The notes beneath the pieces are model-generated. The model was not told the origin of the DNA. It ran no database searches and saw only the letters and a list, made by a program, of their open reading frames with translations. A stretch of DNA of 64,000 bases from Lingula anatina (taxonomy: Eukaryota; Animalia; Brachiopoda): positions 6,704,954 to 6,768,953 of the forward strand of contig CM120644.1 of the NCBI GenBank assembly GCA_051362555.1, given 5' to 3'. The position numbers were made by a program, and so were the translations under genes. Positions 25,001-35,500 of this stretch are shown here, piece after piece (position 1 is the first letter of the stretch; the number at the start of each line of letters is the position of its first letter).

Positions 25001-28000
25001 GGTGCCAATCTGGTTTATTTCCAGATCTGACCCAATTCTTCACCAGTGAAATATCAGGGTCTAGGTCCTGTTCTGATCCTATGGAGCCAGCGATGGATGG
25101 GTCTGCTGTGGCTTCTGGTGAGACTGTGGTTACTCGAACCCTTTTTGTTGAGTCTCTCTCCTCTTTTCCTTTTCTCCCATCTTTCCCTTCCTTCTCCGCA
25201 CCTTTCTCCATCACATAATCTCCACAGTTGAGCATACCGTTTGCCTGAGTGGTGGAAGAAGTGCTTGTCCTTTGTTTGTATTTTCTTGGTTCCAATGCAG
25301 GACAGGAGGTCTTTCCTTGAGCAGCCGGTGGATCCCTGTCGGATGATAAAGTGTCTGGCATCCTGCTCAGAGCATCAGCTGCTCCATTTTGTTTTCCAGG
25401 GCGGTATCTTATCTCCAGGTCTCCAAACGAGGATAACTCAATTGCCCATCTACTTCTCCTTCCTGATACTTCTGCTTCTAAATTCAAGCTTTTGTGGTGA
25501 GTGAGTGGTTTATGGTCAGTGTAGATGGTTAGATTCGAGCCCCATACATACACATGGAACTGTCTGAGAGCCCATATAATTGCCCAAAACTCCTTGTCGA
25601 ATGTGGCCCATTTTCGTTCAGTTTTACTGAGTGATTTGCTTGCAAACACAATTGGGCGCTCCATGCCATCTTGTTCCTGAGACAAGACTGCACCCACAGC
25701 CGTGTCTGATGCATCTGTGTTTAAGATGAATGGCTCACCCCACCTTGGATGAGCTAGTACGGGAGGGGTAATCAACTTTTCTTTTAACCGCTGAAAGCTC
25801 AACTCACACTCTTCCTTCCAACCGAAAGGTGTACCAGCTTCCAGCAAGCTATTCAGTGGTCTTGCTATGTCAGCGAATCCTTCAACAAACCGACGGTAGT
25901 ATGAGGCGAGTCCTAAAAAGCTCCGAACCTCTTGCTGATTCTTGGGTCTTGGCCAATTCTTGACCTTCTCCACGTTACTGGGATCTGGGCGTATCCCCTC
26001 TTTTGATACTTCATGGCCGACATTAATTGTTTTCGGCTGTGCAATTTTGCATTTACTAGGCTGCAACTTGAGGTTTGCTTCACGCAGCCTCCTAAATACT
26101 TCCTCTAGTGTCTCCAAATGTTCCTCAAAAGTACGTGTATAGATGAATAAATCATCCAAGTACGTGGACATTACCCTCCAGTTCATGCCACTAAACACAA
26201 GCTCAATAAGCTTTGCGAAAAGCGGTGGCGCATTGCATAAGCCAAAGGGAAGTCTGGTGAAACGGTACAGATCTGGACCAAATGAGAAAGCGGTCTTATC
26301 ACGATCTTCTTCAGATACAGGCACCTGCCAATACCCACTGGTCAGGTCTAGCGTCGTGAATATTGTAGCACCCGCCATACCTGAGAGTACATCGTCGATC
26401 CTTGGCAAGGAGTGGGCATTTTTCACTGTATCCGAGTTTAACTTGCGATAGTCTATGCAGAAACGTATATCGCCATTTTTCTTTCTCACCAAAACTATTG
26501 GAGAGGACCAGGGACCATAACATGGTTCGATTATGCCATCTTCCAGCATACCTTGAACTTGCTTCTCTACTTCATCCCTCAAGTGAAATGGGACTCTCCT
26601 GGGTTTCTGCTTTATTGGATCTGCACTGCCTGTATTGATGGTGTGAGAAAGGATATTGGTGAGACCTCTGTCATTCTGATCTTTACTGAATACGTCACTG
26701 TTCCGTTCCAAACACTCCCTGAACTTCATCATCTGATTATCTGTGAGGTCACATCCCGACAGATCAATTTGGGGACACCCATCTCTTGACTTTTCTGCCT
26801 TTTCGTGCTCACCGTCAGACTCTAACAGCTCATACATTCCTCTAACTTTTGAACATTCGTGCTCACTAAGACAATGAAATTCACCAACAAACTGCCCTTG
26901 TTTAACGAACAAAGGTTGATCTGAAACATTAATAACACGGAGGGGAATAAGTGCTTGTTTAGCATTGGCCAAAACTCGTGCTAGACCAATTCCACTTTCT
27001 TGAGATGGTTCAAAAACTCCTTCATAACTCAACATAGGCCTACCTCTTTGGTGTACCAGATGTCCATGGCAAATAATCTCTGAACAAGGTGGCACCCAGC
27101 AGTCTTCAGCCATATTGACCCTGCACACACTGGGGGGTCGCGAAGGACTCAGTTCTAATGGATGTGAAACTCCACCAATTACTAGCTCGCGTTTACCCGG
27201 ATTCATAGCTATACCATGTGCCAATATAAAATCCCACCCGATGATCAGTGAATTGTCTACATTACTTCCAACACGGAAGCGATGATTAAAAGACTGGTCC
27301 CCGATTGACACTGTTATATATGAGCAACCCTTTATGGTTAGAATGTCTCCAGTTACTGAGGATGGTCTCTCCTTGGACTCCTCTAGTATCATCTCTGGCG
27401 GCTGACATTCTTTCCAACAATTTTCATGAATAACAGATATATCAGCTCCTGTATCTAGAAGCGCAAGAACCTCTTTACTTCCAACTTTTACTTTCACAAG
27501 TGGTGTGGGTTTTACTGGGTCTTCAAAAAATTGTGTGACTGACGACTGACCCATGTCGACAGCCCTTAGTATTCCCCCTCCCCTTGCTGCAAAGACGGAC
27601 AGTTACGCCATTTGTGTCCTCGCTCCTTGCAATAATCACATAAACCTTGGAAGGTATGATCAATTTTCCTAGGTTCAAATTCCATTGCATTCCGAGCATT
27701 GGTTGGCCAGCGGTCCTTTCTCTCACATGCCATTTGACAGCCCTGACTCTTGCCACTTACAGGAGCTACTGTATTCCTACCTCGTGGAAAATTGGGTTTT
27801 GTGTGGTAACGGTCCTTGCTCCGTCCATTAAAAGCTTCAGGTGATCTCATGGCACCTGTGTTGGCACCAGAACCAAACACAGAATTATGTTCCTGTTGCC
27901 TCCATTTCTTTTGTTCCACAGTGAACTCAGCCATGCACTCCGATAATTTCTGTACTTGGGCCACCAGTTGCGTCAGCATGGGATCTCGGCCTCCCTTACT

Positions 28001-29564
28001 CTCAGCTGGGCCTTTTTCCATTGAACGGACAGCATTTCTACCATGGGCAATATGCTGAACTTGTTCAAATTGCTCTGCCTGCTGCACAGCAACTCGTAGA
28101 CTTTCTGGATTTTTAGTGAGGAGATGAAGTTGCAGATCACCATCCCCCACACCTCTAATAAATTGCTCTTTGGCGAGGGCATTTCGAGCTGCTTCTGGAA
28201 AATCGTTGTATGCCAAACGGACAGCCTCCATGATTCGCAGTTCAAATGCGACCAGCTTTTCTCCTGGACCCCGAACCAGCGCCATAAAATTTTGTCGTCT
28301 CATCAAATTATGTTCTCCTGGCACCAACCTGTGTCGCAAGGCCTGTTTGAGTGCAGGATAATCTCCTTTTTCTGCCTCTGTCAGGGAATCATAAGTCATA
28401 AATGCCCGCCCTGATAGATATAGAGGTAAAACAACATGTCTGGGCTGTACATTGTCCGCTGGGGGCTCTGAGAAACACAACTCAAATTTCTTGAACCAGA
28501 GTTCAAAATTTTCCGTGTTTTCCCCTGAGAACTCCGGTAACTTTGGTCTGGCGACTCCAACAGATGCCATTTTGATACGGTCCCTTAGCTTTGCAGACTA
28601 AAAGCAGGTTACAATTGATAGAATTTCTATGAAAAGTTGTCAGCAGATACTATGTTTCTCTTTAAATCTAATAACAAGGACTGTCAGAGTCTTCACCAAA
28701 GTCTGTTTGGCAATTAAATAACACGTAACACATTATAACATAACGTGCGCCGCTTTTCAGATTCAGTGTCGTTTGCAACTTGCCAGGCAATGGGTCCGTG
28801 AATCCTCCAGTCTTCGTGCCCCGCTTTTGGGCGCCAATTTTGTAGCGGTGCACTTCCTCAGCAATCCAGTACAACAACGCTGTGCTTTCTTTTTCATAAA
28901 TTTAATAGGTTAACGATATATAAGCTACTAAGCAGTGCACAAGCTGCGCAGCGTCTGCTACGCCGCCATGTTTCTTTTCCCTCGACATTACCCCGGTTTA
29001 TGCACACCGGCACTATATTTACCCCGTTACACAAACAACCAGCGCCACCTATAAGTATTATCGTCTGTGGTCCCTGATATCAAACGTTATTGGTCGACCT
29101 AGCCGTGATAAAACTATGTAAACTTAAATGAGACAGCTACGGGTGAAAAAAGGATTTATTTGACTTGCCTGTTTCCAATGTTCACCTCTCACTGATAAGA
29201 CCGATTGATCCATAGGTGCCACAACTGTGTCCGGATCTGCGTTCCGATCCGAGAAAATGCTAGCCTGTTTCACCATCACCTCTTTTAACATATCTGTGTC
29301 TGCGATCACAATGTCCCCTAAAAAGTTCCCCAAAACACCTGTAGACAGCGCAACCACCTTGCCGTACATCTTAATAAGATGACGATCATAGTCACAAAAG
29401 CCGTACATAAACATATCTATCATGTTCCCAAACACTGGCAAAGGAGGTGGCCCAGGTAGGCCAAACTTCCGCCTGTTGTCCTTGCTGTAGTGTAGATAGA
29501 TGATGGTCAGGACGGCCACAACCACCACGACAACTAACCAGGACGGTAGGATGAAGAAATCCAT
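20688..29564 (-). CDS. Cytochrome P450, clan 3 (CYP3A-like), paralogue 3; 2 exons, 515 aa, Gypsy element in intron
   Basis: Exon 1 29564-29169, GC-AG intron 29168-21840, exon 2 21839-20688. ORF and motifs intact. Confidence 0.93.
22908..23099 (-). repeat. 3' LTR (192 bp)
   Basis: Identical to 28841-29031 except one T in a homopolymer run. Preceded on the minus strand by the purine tract GGGGAGG (PPT). Confidence 0.97.
23421..27554 (-). CDS. pol: Gypsy Pol polyprotein (aspartic protease, RT, RNase H, integrase)
   Basis: LLDTGA protease; SPIVLV..RFCIDYRKLN, LDLTSGYWQ and YLDD RT motifs; TDAS/TDHKPL/ADALSR RNase H; HHCC plus TDI/SDQG/VERFN integrase; C-terminal TRSGRVVRRP. Confidence 0.97.
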   Translation of the reverse strand: MGQSSVTQFFEDPVKPTPLVKVKVGSKEVLALLDTGADISVIHENCWKECQPPEMILEESKERPSSVTGDILTIKGCSYITVSIGDQSFNHRFRVGSNVDNSLIIGWDFILAHGIAMNPGKRELVIGGVSHPLELSPSRPPSVCRVNMAEDCWVPPCSEIICHGHLVHQRGRPMLSYEGVFEPSQESGIGLARVLANAKQALIPLRVINVSDQPLFVKQGQFVGEFHCLSEHECSKVRGMYELLESDGEHEKAEKSRDGCPQIDLSGCDLTDNQMMKFRECLERNSDVFSKDQNDRGLTNILSHTINTGSADPIKQKPRRVPFHLRDEVEKQVQGMLEDGIIEPCYGPWSSPIVLVRKKNGDIRFCIDYRKLNSDTVKNAHSLPRIDDVLSGMAGATIFTTLDLTSGYWQVPVSEEDRDKTAFSFGPDLYRFTRLPFGLCNAPPLFAKLIELVFSGMNWRVMSTYLDDLFIYTRTFEEHLETLEEVFRRLREANLKLQPSKCKIAQPKTINVGHEVSKEGIRPDPSNVEKVKNWPRPKNQQEVRSFLGLASYYRRFVEGFADIARPLNSLLEAGTPFGWKEECELSFQRLKEKLITPPVLAHPRWGEPFILNTDASDTAVGAVLSQEQDGMERPIVFASKSLSKTERKWATFDKEFWAIIWALRQFHVYVWGSNLTIYTDHKPLTHHKSLNLEAEVSGRRSRWAIELSSFGDLEIRYRPGKQNGAADALSRMPDTLSSDRDPPAAQGKTSCPALEPRKYKQRTSTSSTTQANGMLNCGDYVMEKGAEKEGKDGRKGKEERDSTKRVRVTTVSPEATADPSIAGSIGSEQDLDPDISLVKNWVRSGNKPDWHQIKNQGRVLRTFWRHFENLSIVNETLCYQWQIPKRDKVIYRQVMPPGLRLSALHDIHSLTAGGGHLGRNKTLRKLQERFYWPGMMQETHDYCRTCPGCVGRRKPLPAMRAPMESISSSRPLELVCTDITELPATSRGNKYVLVVEDHFTKYVNVYPMKDQTAQTVADILFREYVREHGVPESLHSDQGRQFEAGLCHELCALLQIYKSRTTSYHPQGNGMVERFNKTLKNMIAKTSQEDCKDWDLKLGPLALAYNASVHESTGFSPFFLMHGREPRLPPDIIYGTPTPQYWKQAGFYAKEIHNELQAAFDTTKEHTALAQERQRKVYDKWAHHHPYREGDKVWLLVMVSKTRHRKLALPWEGPYIVKKRFQNAEGMPGVTYRIQHEVTKKKMVVHHNRLKPYEAPRIPNPLQADSDYVTEEDESKIHVPRPNIFQEQLRLAPVLPAEGYIVHTSRNSFAAPEATACCEGEEHIPVEEKTEEATVDAGKDKGASQDSGEPLVTTRSGRVVRRPTKYRDFVAAIGDGY
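27566..28570 (-). CDS. gag: Gypsy Gag with CCHC zinc knuckle
   Basis: 334-aa ORF with LPEFSG capsid-like start, EQFIRG motif and CDYCKERGHKWRNC (CX2CX4HX4C), directly upstream of pol. Confidence 0.93.
   Translation of the reverse strand: MASVGVARPKLPEFSGENTENFELWFKKFELCFSEPPADNVQPRHVVLPLYLSGRAFMTYDSLTEAEKGDYPALKQALRHRLVPGEHNLMRRQNFMALVRGPGEKLVAFELRIMEAVRLAYNDFPEAARNALAKEQFIRGVGDGDLQLHLLTKNPESLRVAVQQAEQFEQVQHIAHGRNAVRSMEKGPAESKGGRDPMLTQLVAQVQKLSECMAEFTVEQKKWRQQEHNSVFGSGANTGAMRSPEAFNGRSKDRYHTKPNFPRGRNTVAPVSGKSQGCQMACERKDRWPTNARNAMEFEPRKIDHTFQGLCDYCKERGHKWRNCPSLQQGEGEY
28818..28836 (-). other. Primer-binding site, tRNA-Lys-like
   Basis: TGGCGCCCAAAAGCGGGGC, 4 nt after the 5' LTR; resembles the retroviral tRNA-Lys1,2 PBS TGGCGCCCAACGTGGGGC. 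Confidence 0.75.
28841..29031 (-). repeat. 5' LTR (191 bp)
   Basis: TG...CA ends; followed by the PBS on the minus strand. Confidence 0.97.
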
Positions 29565-31139
29565 GCTAACGAAGGCTGCACTGCAACTATGACCTACTCT
29601 GTATAAGTGCAAATAAACCGGGACTGAAAATGGCGACCTTGTTGCGTGAAGTGAGATCGGTGACCAGTAAAATATAACGGAGCCCAGCAGCGGTTATCCA
29701 AGGTCACCCCTTATCACTCTATTTTCAAATTGTCTCGACTTAATGCCTGCTTACTTTAGTCGATCACTCACGGTAGCTTGTTCAATTTTTCACATGTACT
29801 GCGTGTTAGAAGGTACTCCCGACCACACCTTAAGACGTCAAGCAGTGTCTTTGAATAGGCGCACAAGGTTATCAAAGCACAGGACTTTTATGTCCGCGCG
29901 TGAGTAGGAGCAGCAGCAGCGTCCCTTCGACTGTTTGAAAATGCACGCCTGGCTGCCCTGGCTGTCACCTTGATCTAAAAAGCCCGAAAGACTACATAAA
30001 ACGACCTTTAAATACAACGCTAGTGTACGATAGGCAAATACAAAACCCCGAGCGAAATCGATGGAGTAGGGGCCTATTTTTAAAAGGCCTTAACGAAGTG
30101 ATTGCTAACAGTCTATATGGTCTATATGCCGTAATCTATCCTAAATTCGAGGTTCCGTGCTATGTACAGTGTAGTGCACGCACTTTTTTAGTTTTAGACA
30201 GCCCTGTTTATTCCTCTTTAGAAGACTATGAAATATCTGCCACCAAATTTTTAAATCCAGACTTGGGCATTTTTCCGACATCACGCGTTTTTTTTTTTTT
30301 TTTTTTTTTTTTTTCACTCGTTAAATGCGTAATCGCATTTTAACCTAGCTTACGTTATTGCAATCCTACAACATATTTTTGTAGCTGTTTTGATGTGTTT
30401 TGTATCTTTCAAATATTGTTTTTAGCCTAAAAGCTAATGTTGCGGCTATTTGTGTGTATTGCAAAATGCATAGGACCTGATAGACTTATATGTATGTTAT
30501 ATAGGCCTATCTAGTCTACAACAATAATATAAGAAGGAATAATTTTTTCTTCTTGTGAGATCCAAATTCAGGGCTAAATTGCGTCAAATTCAAAAATAAC
30601 TAAACCCGGAGGCCTACATAAGTCTACAAGTAAATACTCTAACATTATGTCAATATAGGCCTACGGGATTTAACCTGAATTTTCCTTTTCATATTTTAGG
30701 CTAAAATAGACTCGAGGAAGACACTCATATTTCTAACTTGTAGCTTAGCCTACATATATCAGTGTAGGCGCTACTTTCGTCGATATTCCTTCAAGCATTG
30801 CAATAACGGCTCTTCGCTTAAAGAGGTGTTAAAACTTCACAGGACCAAAAATGTTTTGACACAAATTATGAAGACAAAAATTTTATTTTCCAAATAAAAT
30901 TGCATCAAGTAGACCAAATCTTGACCTGCTGGCACCGCTAATGCAATGAGCTATGTTGATTATCGATCCGTGGTTCTTATTCATTTGAATCGTTGAGTAA
31001 TTACCATTTGCGCTACAAAATTAGATATTAATATATCCTAAGTTTGATAAAATCCACGTTTTTATTCTTGCCAAATAAGTCGATAAATAAAATCCTCTCG
31101 ACAACTAAAGCCATAATAAAAAACAACCCTCACTGCCGT

Positions 31140-31373
31140 ACTCTGAAGTAACGCGCTTGCTTATTGGTTTACCGTGTGTCACATGACTGAGTTGCCAAGC
31201 TTCGAAAAACGAATGTACACATCAGGGGTCAGCTGAGCAGGTGTAATTTTAGCCTGGATAGTGAATGATTAGTTCAACACACGGACGCTTTTCAAGTAGT
31301 TTGTCGAGAAACGGAACGCTATGGAATATAACTGTGTTCATAGGATATTTATTTCAGGCTGTAAAAGGTGAGT
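31140..31373 (+). promoter_or_regulatory. Probable TTLL4 promoter and non-coding first exon
   Basis: CpG-richer stretch with an inverted CCAAT (attgg ~31163), a strong donor AAG|GTGAGT at 31368, and a matching acceptor ttcag at 32505 just before the first coding exon. Inferred only. Confidence 0.4.
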
Positions 31374-32554
31374 TTAGGGAACTAACTGGCTTATGCTTCT
31401 CCAAGATCCACCCGTAATGACTGACTGGCGGCGTGACGAGAGAAAAGTAGGATAGGCTTTGTGCAGGCTCTAACCTTAATTTGAGTCATGTGTGCACATT
31501 CGCAGCTTTTTACTCTGCATTTTTATTACCGTAGAACTAAATTCCACTAAAAATTATTCTGAGGCGTACACCTTAGCTGTAAAGTGGTCATATTGTGTAA
31601 TAATCACAACAAAATTTACTATCAGTAGCTTTGCCAAAACCGATAACATAACCACTGTCTGCTACTAAATTTGTGTCAACAGGTGCACGTGGAGCTAGTC
31701 TTCTTAATCACGTCAGTATTACGAGTAAATGTAGCATAAGTATTTATTATATAACATTGACCTTTAAGAGGAGGGGTATTATTTCACCAGTTTATTAATC
31801 TCTTTTTCCCTTTTTTCCATACATCTGTCTAGTATGTGGATTCATTGATCTTTTCTAGTAGTACCTTGTGTCTTTCAGCCATTTATCTATCTTTTACAGA
31901 AATAATCTGATTTTAACATTACAAACCATACTGGGGTAATTTATTGACTTGATAACAATCTATAAATCTGCATTTGAATTATGATCACATTTCGACTTTT
32001 TGCTAAGATTGGGTCAATACATTGATTCATTTCTTACTCCATACAAAGAATAAATGTTGATGATCGTGAATTATTAAAGGGTTCAAAATAATTACATTTC
32101 TGGTGATAAGGGATATGCCTTAGCAACTTTATTGTAATGCATTAATTGAGGGGAAAAATAAATTGAAGCTACATGTAACAGTCCTATTAAATTAAAAGTC
32201 ATGGTCCCTGTGGTCTTTATTCCATTTATGACATTGGATACATGTGTATTGATATAATGCTTTTCACAAAATCAAAGAACACAGTGTCTAAATTTTTTAA
32301 CGATTGTCCATAAGAAAAAATTAATTTAGTAAAAGACCAATGGAAAAAAAATTATCTTATATATATATATGCATTGTAGTCATGAGAAATCATACTTTTT
32401 TAAGGAAAATTTAATCTGCTTTTTCAAGCTTGTCAAAACTTGTTATTAATATAGTGACTTCAGTATATATTTGGCTGTATTAAGTATTTACGTAAATTGT
32501 TTCAGATCCTGGTAATGGGCTTGTCTAGTCCGCCTCTGTCTGTAGTTCAGTATT

Positions 32555-35500
32555 ATGACCAGCTGCAGCATGCCTAGTCCCTCCAGTGTTGGAAAACTCA
32601 GCACAAGCCTTGAGGAGCTGTCCCTTCGCAAACAGCTCCCTCTACGGCAGCAGGCAGATAAGCCAGTGCTGAAATACAGCAGCAATTCCAAACCCATACA
32701 TCTGTATGAGAAACGAGATGCGACGGCAGTGAAGAAGGGAGGGAGCAGTCCTAGTTTGCTGCAGACAGTACCATCTGGTACCAGTGGATATGGATATACT
32801 AATCATCATGCTCATATGGTTTCTGGGCCGTTTAAGCCCAAGCCGCCTGCTGCTCCTTACTTGGCAAAGAATGCAGGTAGCAACAGCGCAGGGTCCAGTC
32901 CACTGCAGAATCGTAGTCGGTATACCTCACCGCAGCGAAGCACGCCCTCATCCTTGTCACCATCATCAGGCTCTCCTTCATCTTCATCGACAAAATTACG
33001 CAGTGATCCATACTCTCGCCCCATCAGTGCCAAAGACGTCGAGGAAAAACTGCAGCAAAGTAGCACTAATTCTGCTCTACGCAAATCATTATCTGGTTCA
33101 GCACTAAAGTCGTTAGCGATAAACAGTGGGGTCAGCGGACTGAAAGGACAGCGAGATATTGTCGTCCCCGCCAGCAATCCGCCATTGCCAAATGCATTTT
33201 TACGCCCTAAAAGTGCCTTAAAAAGTACTGAGCCCAGCAATAAGCCACCTCCGAGCCCTGTCAAGGACAGCTCTGTGAGTAAAAATAATAATGTTAATTC
33301 TTTACAAGGAAGCAGTGCCTTAGCTAAAGGAAGCACAAGGACAGAGACTGTTAAAAGTGTAGCCAAGGGGGACGGCCATCCACCAAAGCCACCCCCTGGG
33401 ACAAGGCCCCGCTCGGCCCGCCCTCCGTCTGCCATGTTGGTGGCTCGGCCGTCTAGTGCCAAAGTACGCAATCCCAACTACACTCCTGTGAAGCCATACT
33501 CGGATATCTCCAGGGAGGGTTCCAATGAGAGCATAGACTCTGGGAAAGTTAGTAATAATAGTAATAACACAGGTGGTAAGAATGGCATTGATACCAGTGA
33601 CAGTGACTCTGAGCTTAAAAGTGCTGGTGGTAGTAACAGTTCCAGTTCACTTGATAAAGCAGTGAAATTAACCCCCACCACGGAGCCTCATCTGCAGTCC
33701 AGTGGATCGGACAATGAAACTAGCGATAAAAACAACTCTGCTACCCCCATGAAGAAAATGCCAGTGACTGGCACACTTATTGATGGGACCATGTTTTATC
33801 GGAAGGATTCCCGCGAGGAACAAAAAATAGCTGACTATGGTGTTGTACGTCCAAAAGCAGAAGGTGCTCCAGCTAAAAATAGTACTGTTGAGAACTCCTC
33901 GTTGAAATCCCCAAGCAGCCAAAAGAAAGTAGTGGCTCATCCACAGAGTGGAAGATCGGTGAAGTCGACGGTATCCAGGATGTCGAGTGCTGTTGATGAT
34001 GAGGCTGATGATGGAGAGTGGGAAGACGAAGGTGAAGTGGATGATGATGATGATGATTATGACGATGGGGATTATGATGACGTAAATACCAAGTAAGTGT
34101 TTTTTTTACTGCTGCTGTAATAATATTCAATATAAGAAGACTTGGAGATTTTTTTTAATGAAATGTTATTTATTACAAGTTGTTGCAATTCATATTTCTA
34201 ATGTTTGTTACTGCTGGCAATTTTGATTTTATAAGTATTTGATGGAATGCTTTGTTATTATTATTATTGACATGTTGTTGCTGATGTTGATGATGTTATA
34301 AAATAAGTGAAACGTATCATATTATAACTAAGGCTATATTCCCAGAGCTTTTAGATCGATCTATCCCCGCGGGGAGTCTCACTAGATTACTGTCAGATAA
34401 TCCGGCTTAAATGTTCGTCCCGCCTACAACAAGCTGTAAGGGGGTAATTAACTTTCGTGTCCACCCGGCTGACAGCTATTTAGCGTGAACCCCCAGGGAG
34501 TTAGGTCGATCTTAAGTAGATCAATCTAATAAATGAAATTCAGGCACAACACATGCACTCGTAGATGAGTTAACACGTAGATGATGTTCTTAAACACTCA
34601 GTGTAGTCTCAATAACATAGGCGGTAATTCAGGTTTCTTAATGCTCTCTTCGAGAGAACTTCAGAGAAGCAAATACAGTCCCCATGTAATCCTTCCATTT
34701 AAAGTCTCGTGATTCACTTCCATATCAATAAGCTCCCACATGTCATGTAAGGGAAGGTTTATCTGTTGTACAAACCTGGTAACCAACAACGCTCAGATAA
34801 GGGCACCTTGTATTCCGACCTTTTACTCCCTTGATCGCTTTTCAATTAAGGTTTAATCTGTGCAGCCATCACACGTTGAATGTGATTACTGCCTTGGCAG
34901 TAGAAACTGTCATACTTCTCTTCTGTTGCCTAGCAGTGTTGTAATTACCTCAGACGGTATGGTATTTGTTTTTAACCCCTTGACTTGAGATCCTTAAATT
35001 TTTTTTTTAACTTTAAGTAAATTGGCTTAATTCTGTGATTTTTATGACTTCCAGCATTAGTTGTGTCCAAGTGGTTTTCTGTGTTAGGGTTAAAAGTGTC
35101 AGACTTATTTTATAATTTAGCAGGGACAGGTTTAAAAAATGAGTCTCCAAGTCTTAAATGACCAATAGTCGGTATTTGCTTTAGGACCAAAAACATGCTT
35201 TAAGACCAAAAACAATTAATTTTAGCTAAAATATTGGTCTTAAAAGTTATCCATTCTTTTCTTTTATAAAACATGGCCCATGTTACCTTGTTTGGTGAAC
35301 CACTATTTTGGGTCAGAGAAGACGAGGAATTTTGAGCTGAGAGTTGAGGTCATGACCAGCTTTCAGGTGCAAATTCTCTAACAGCACTGACCCCTGATGA
35401 TGCTTAGCCATAAATGATAAGATTTCTTTTTTTATGGATTGGACAAGGACTCTACAGATCACATTTTGATTGGCATTTAGTGGCAATAAATCATTGATAT

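Larger units (their letters stand above)
22908..29031 (-). mobile_element. Full-length Ty3/Gypsy LTR retrotransposon (6.1 kb)
   Basis: TG...CA LTRs at 22908-23099 and 28841-29031. 4-bp TSD CAAA (22904-22907, 29032-29035) confirmed by the empty site at 15411-15414. Has PBS, PPT, gag and pol (PR-RT-RH-INT). Confidence 0.98.

Noticed and set aside
32857-33681. Long antisense ORFs over TTLL4 exon 1 (similarly over pol, gag and 48121-48459)
   Set aside because: Shadow ORFs of low-complexity coding sequence with no recognisable motifs.
29169-34092. P450 next to TTLL4 as conserved synteny with human CYP27A1-TTLL4
   Set aside because: These P450s have a microsomal TM anchor and clan-3 motifs, whereas CYP27A1 is mitochondrial clan. 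Probably coincidence.
35120-35280. Weak inverted termini suggesting another old MITE
   Set aside because: Too degenerate, with no TSD and no second full copy in the window to support it.
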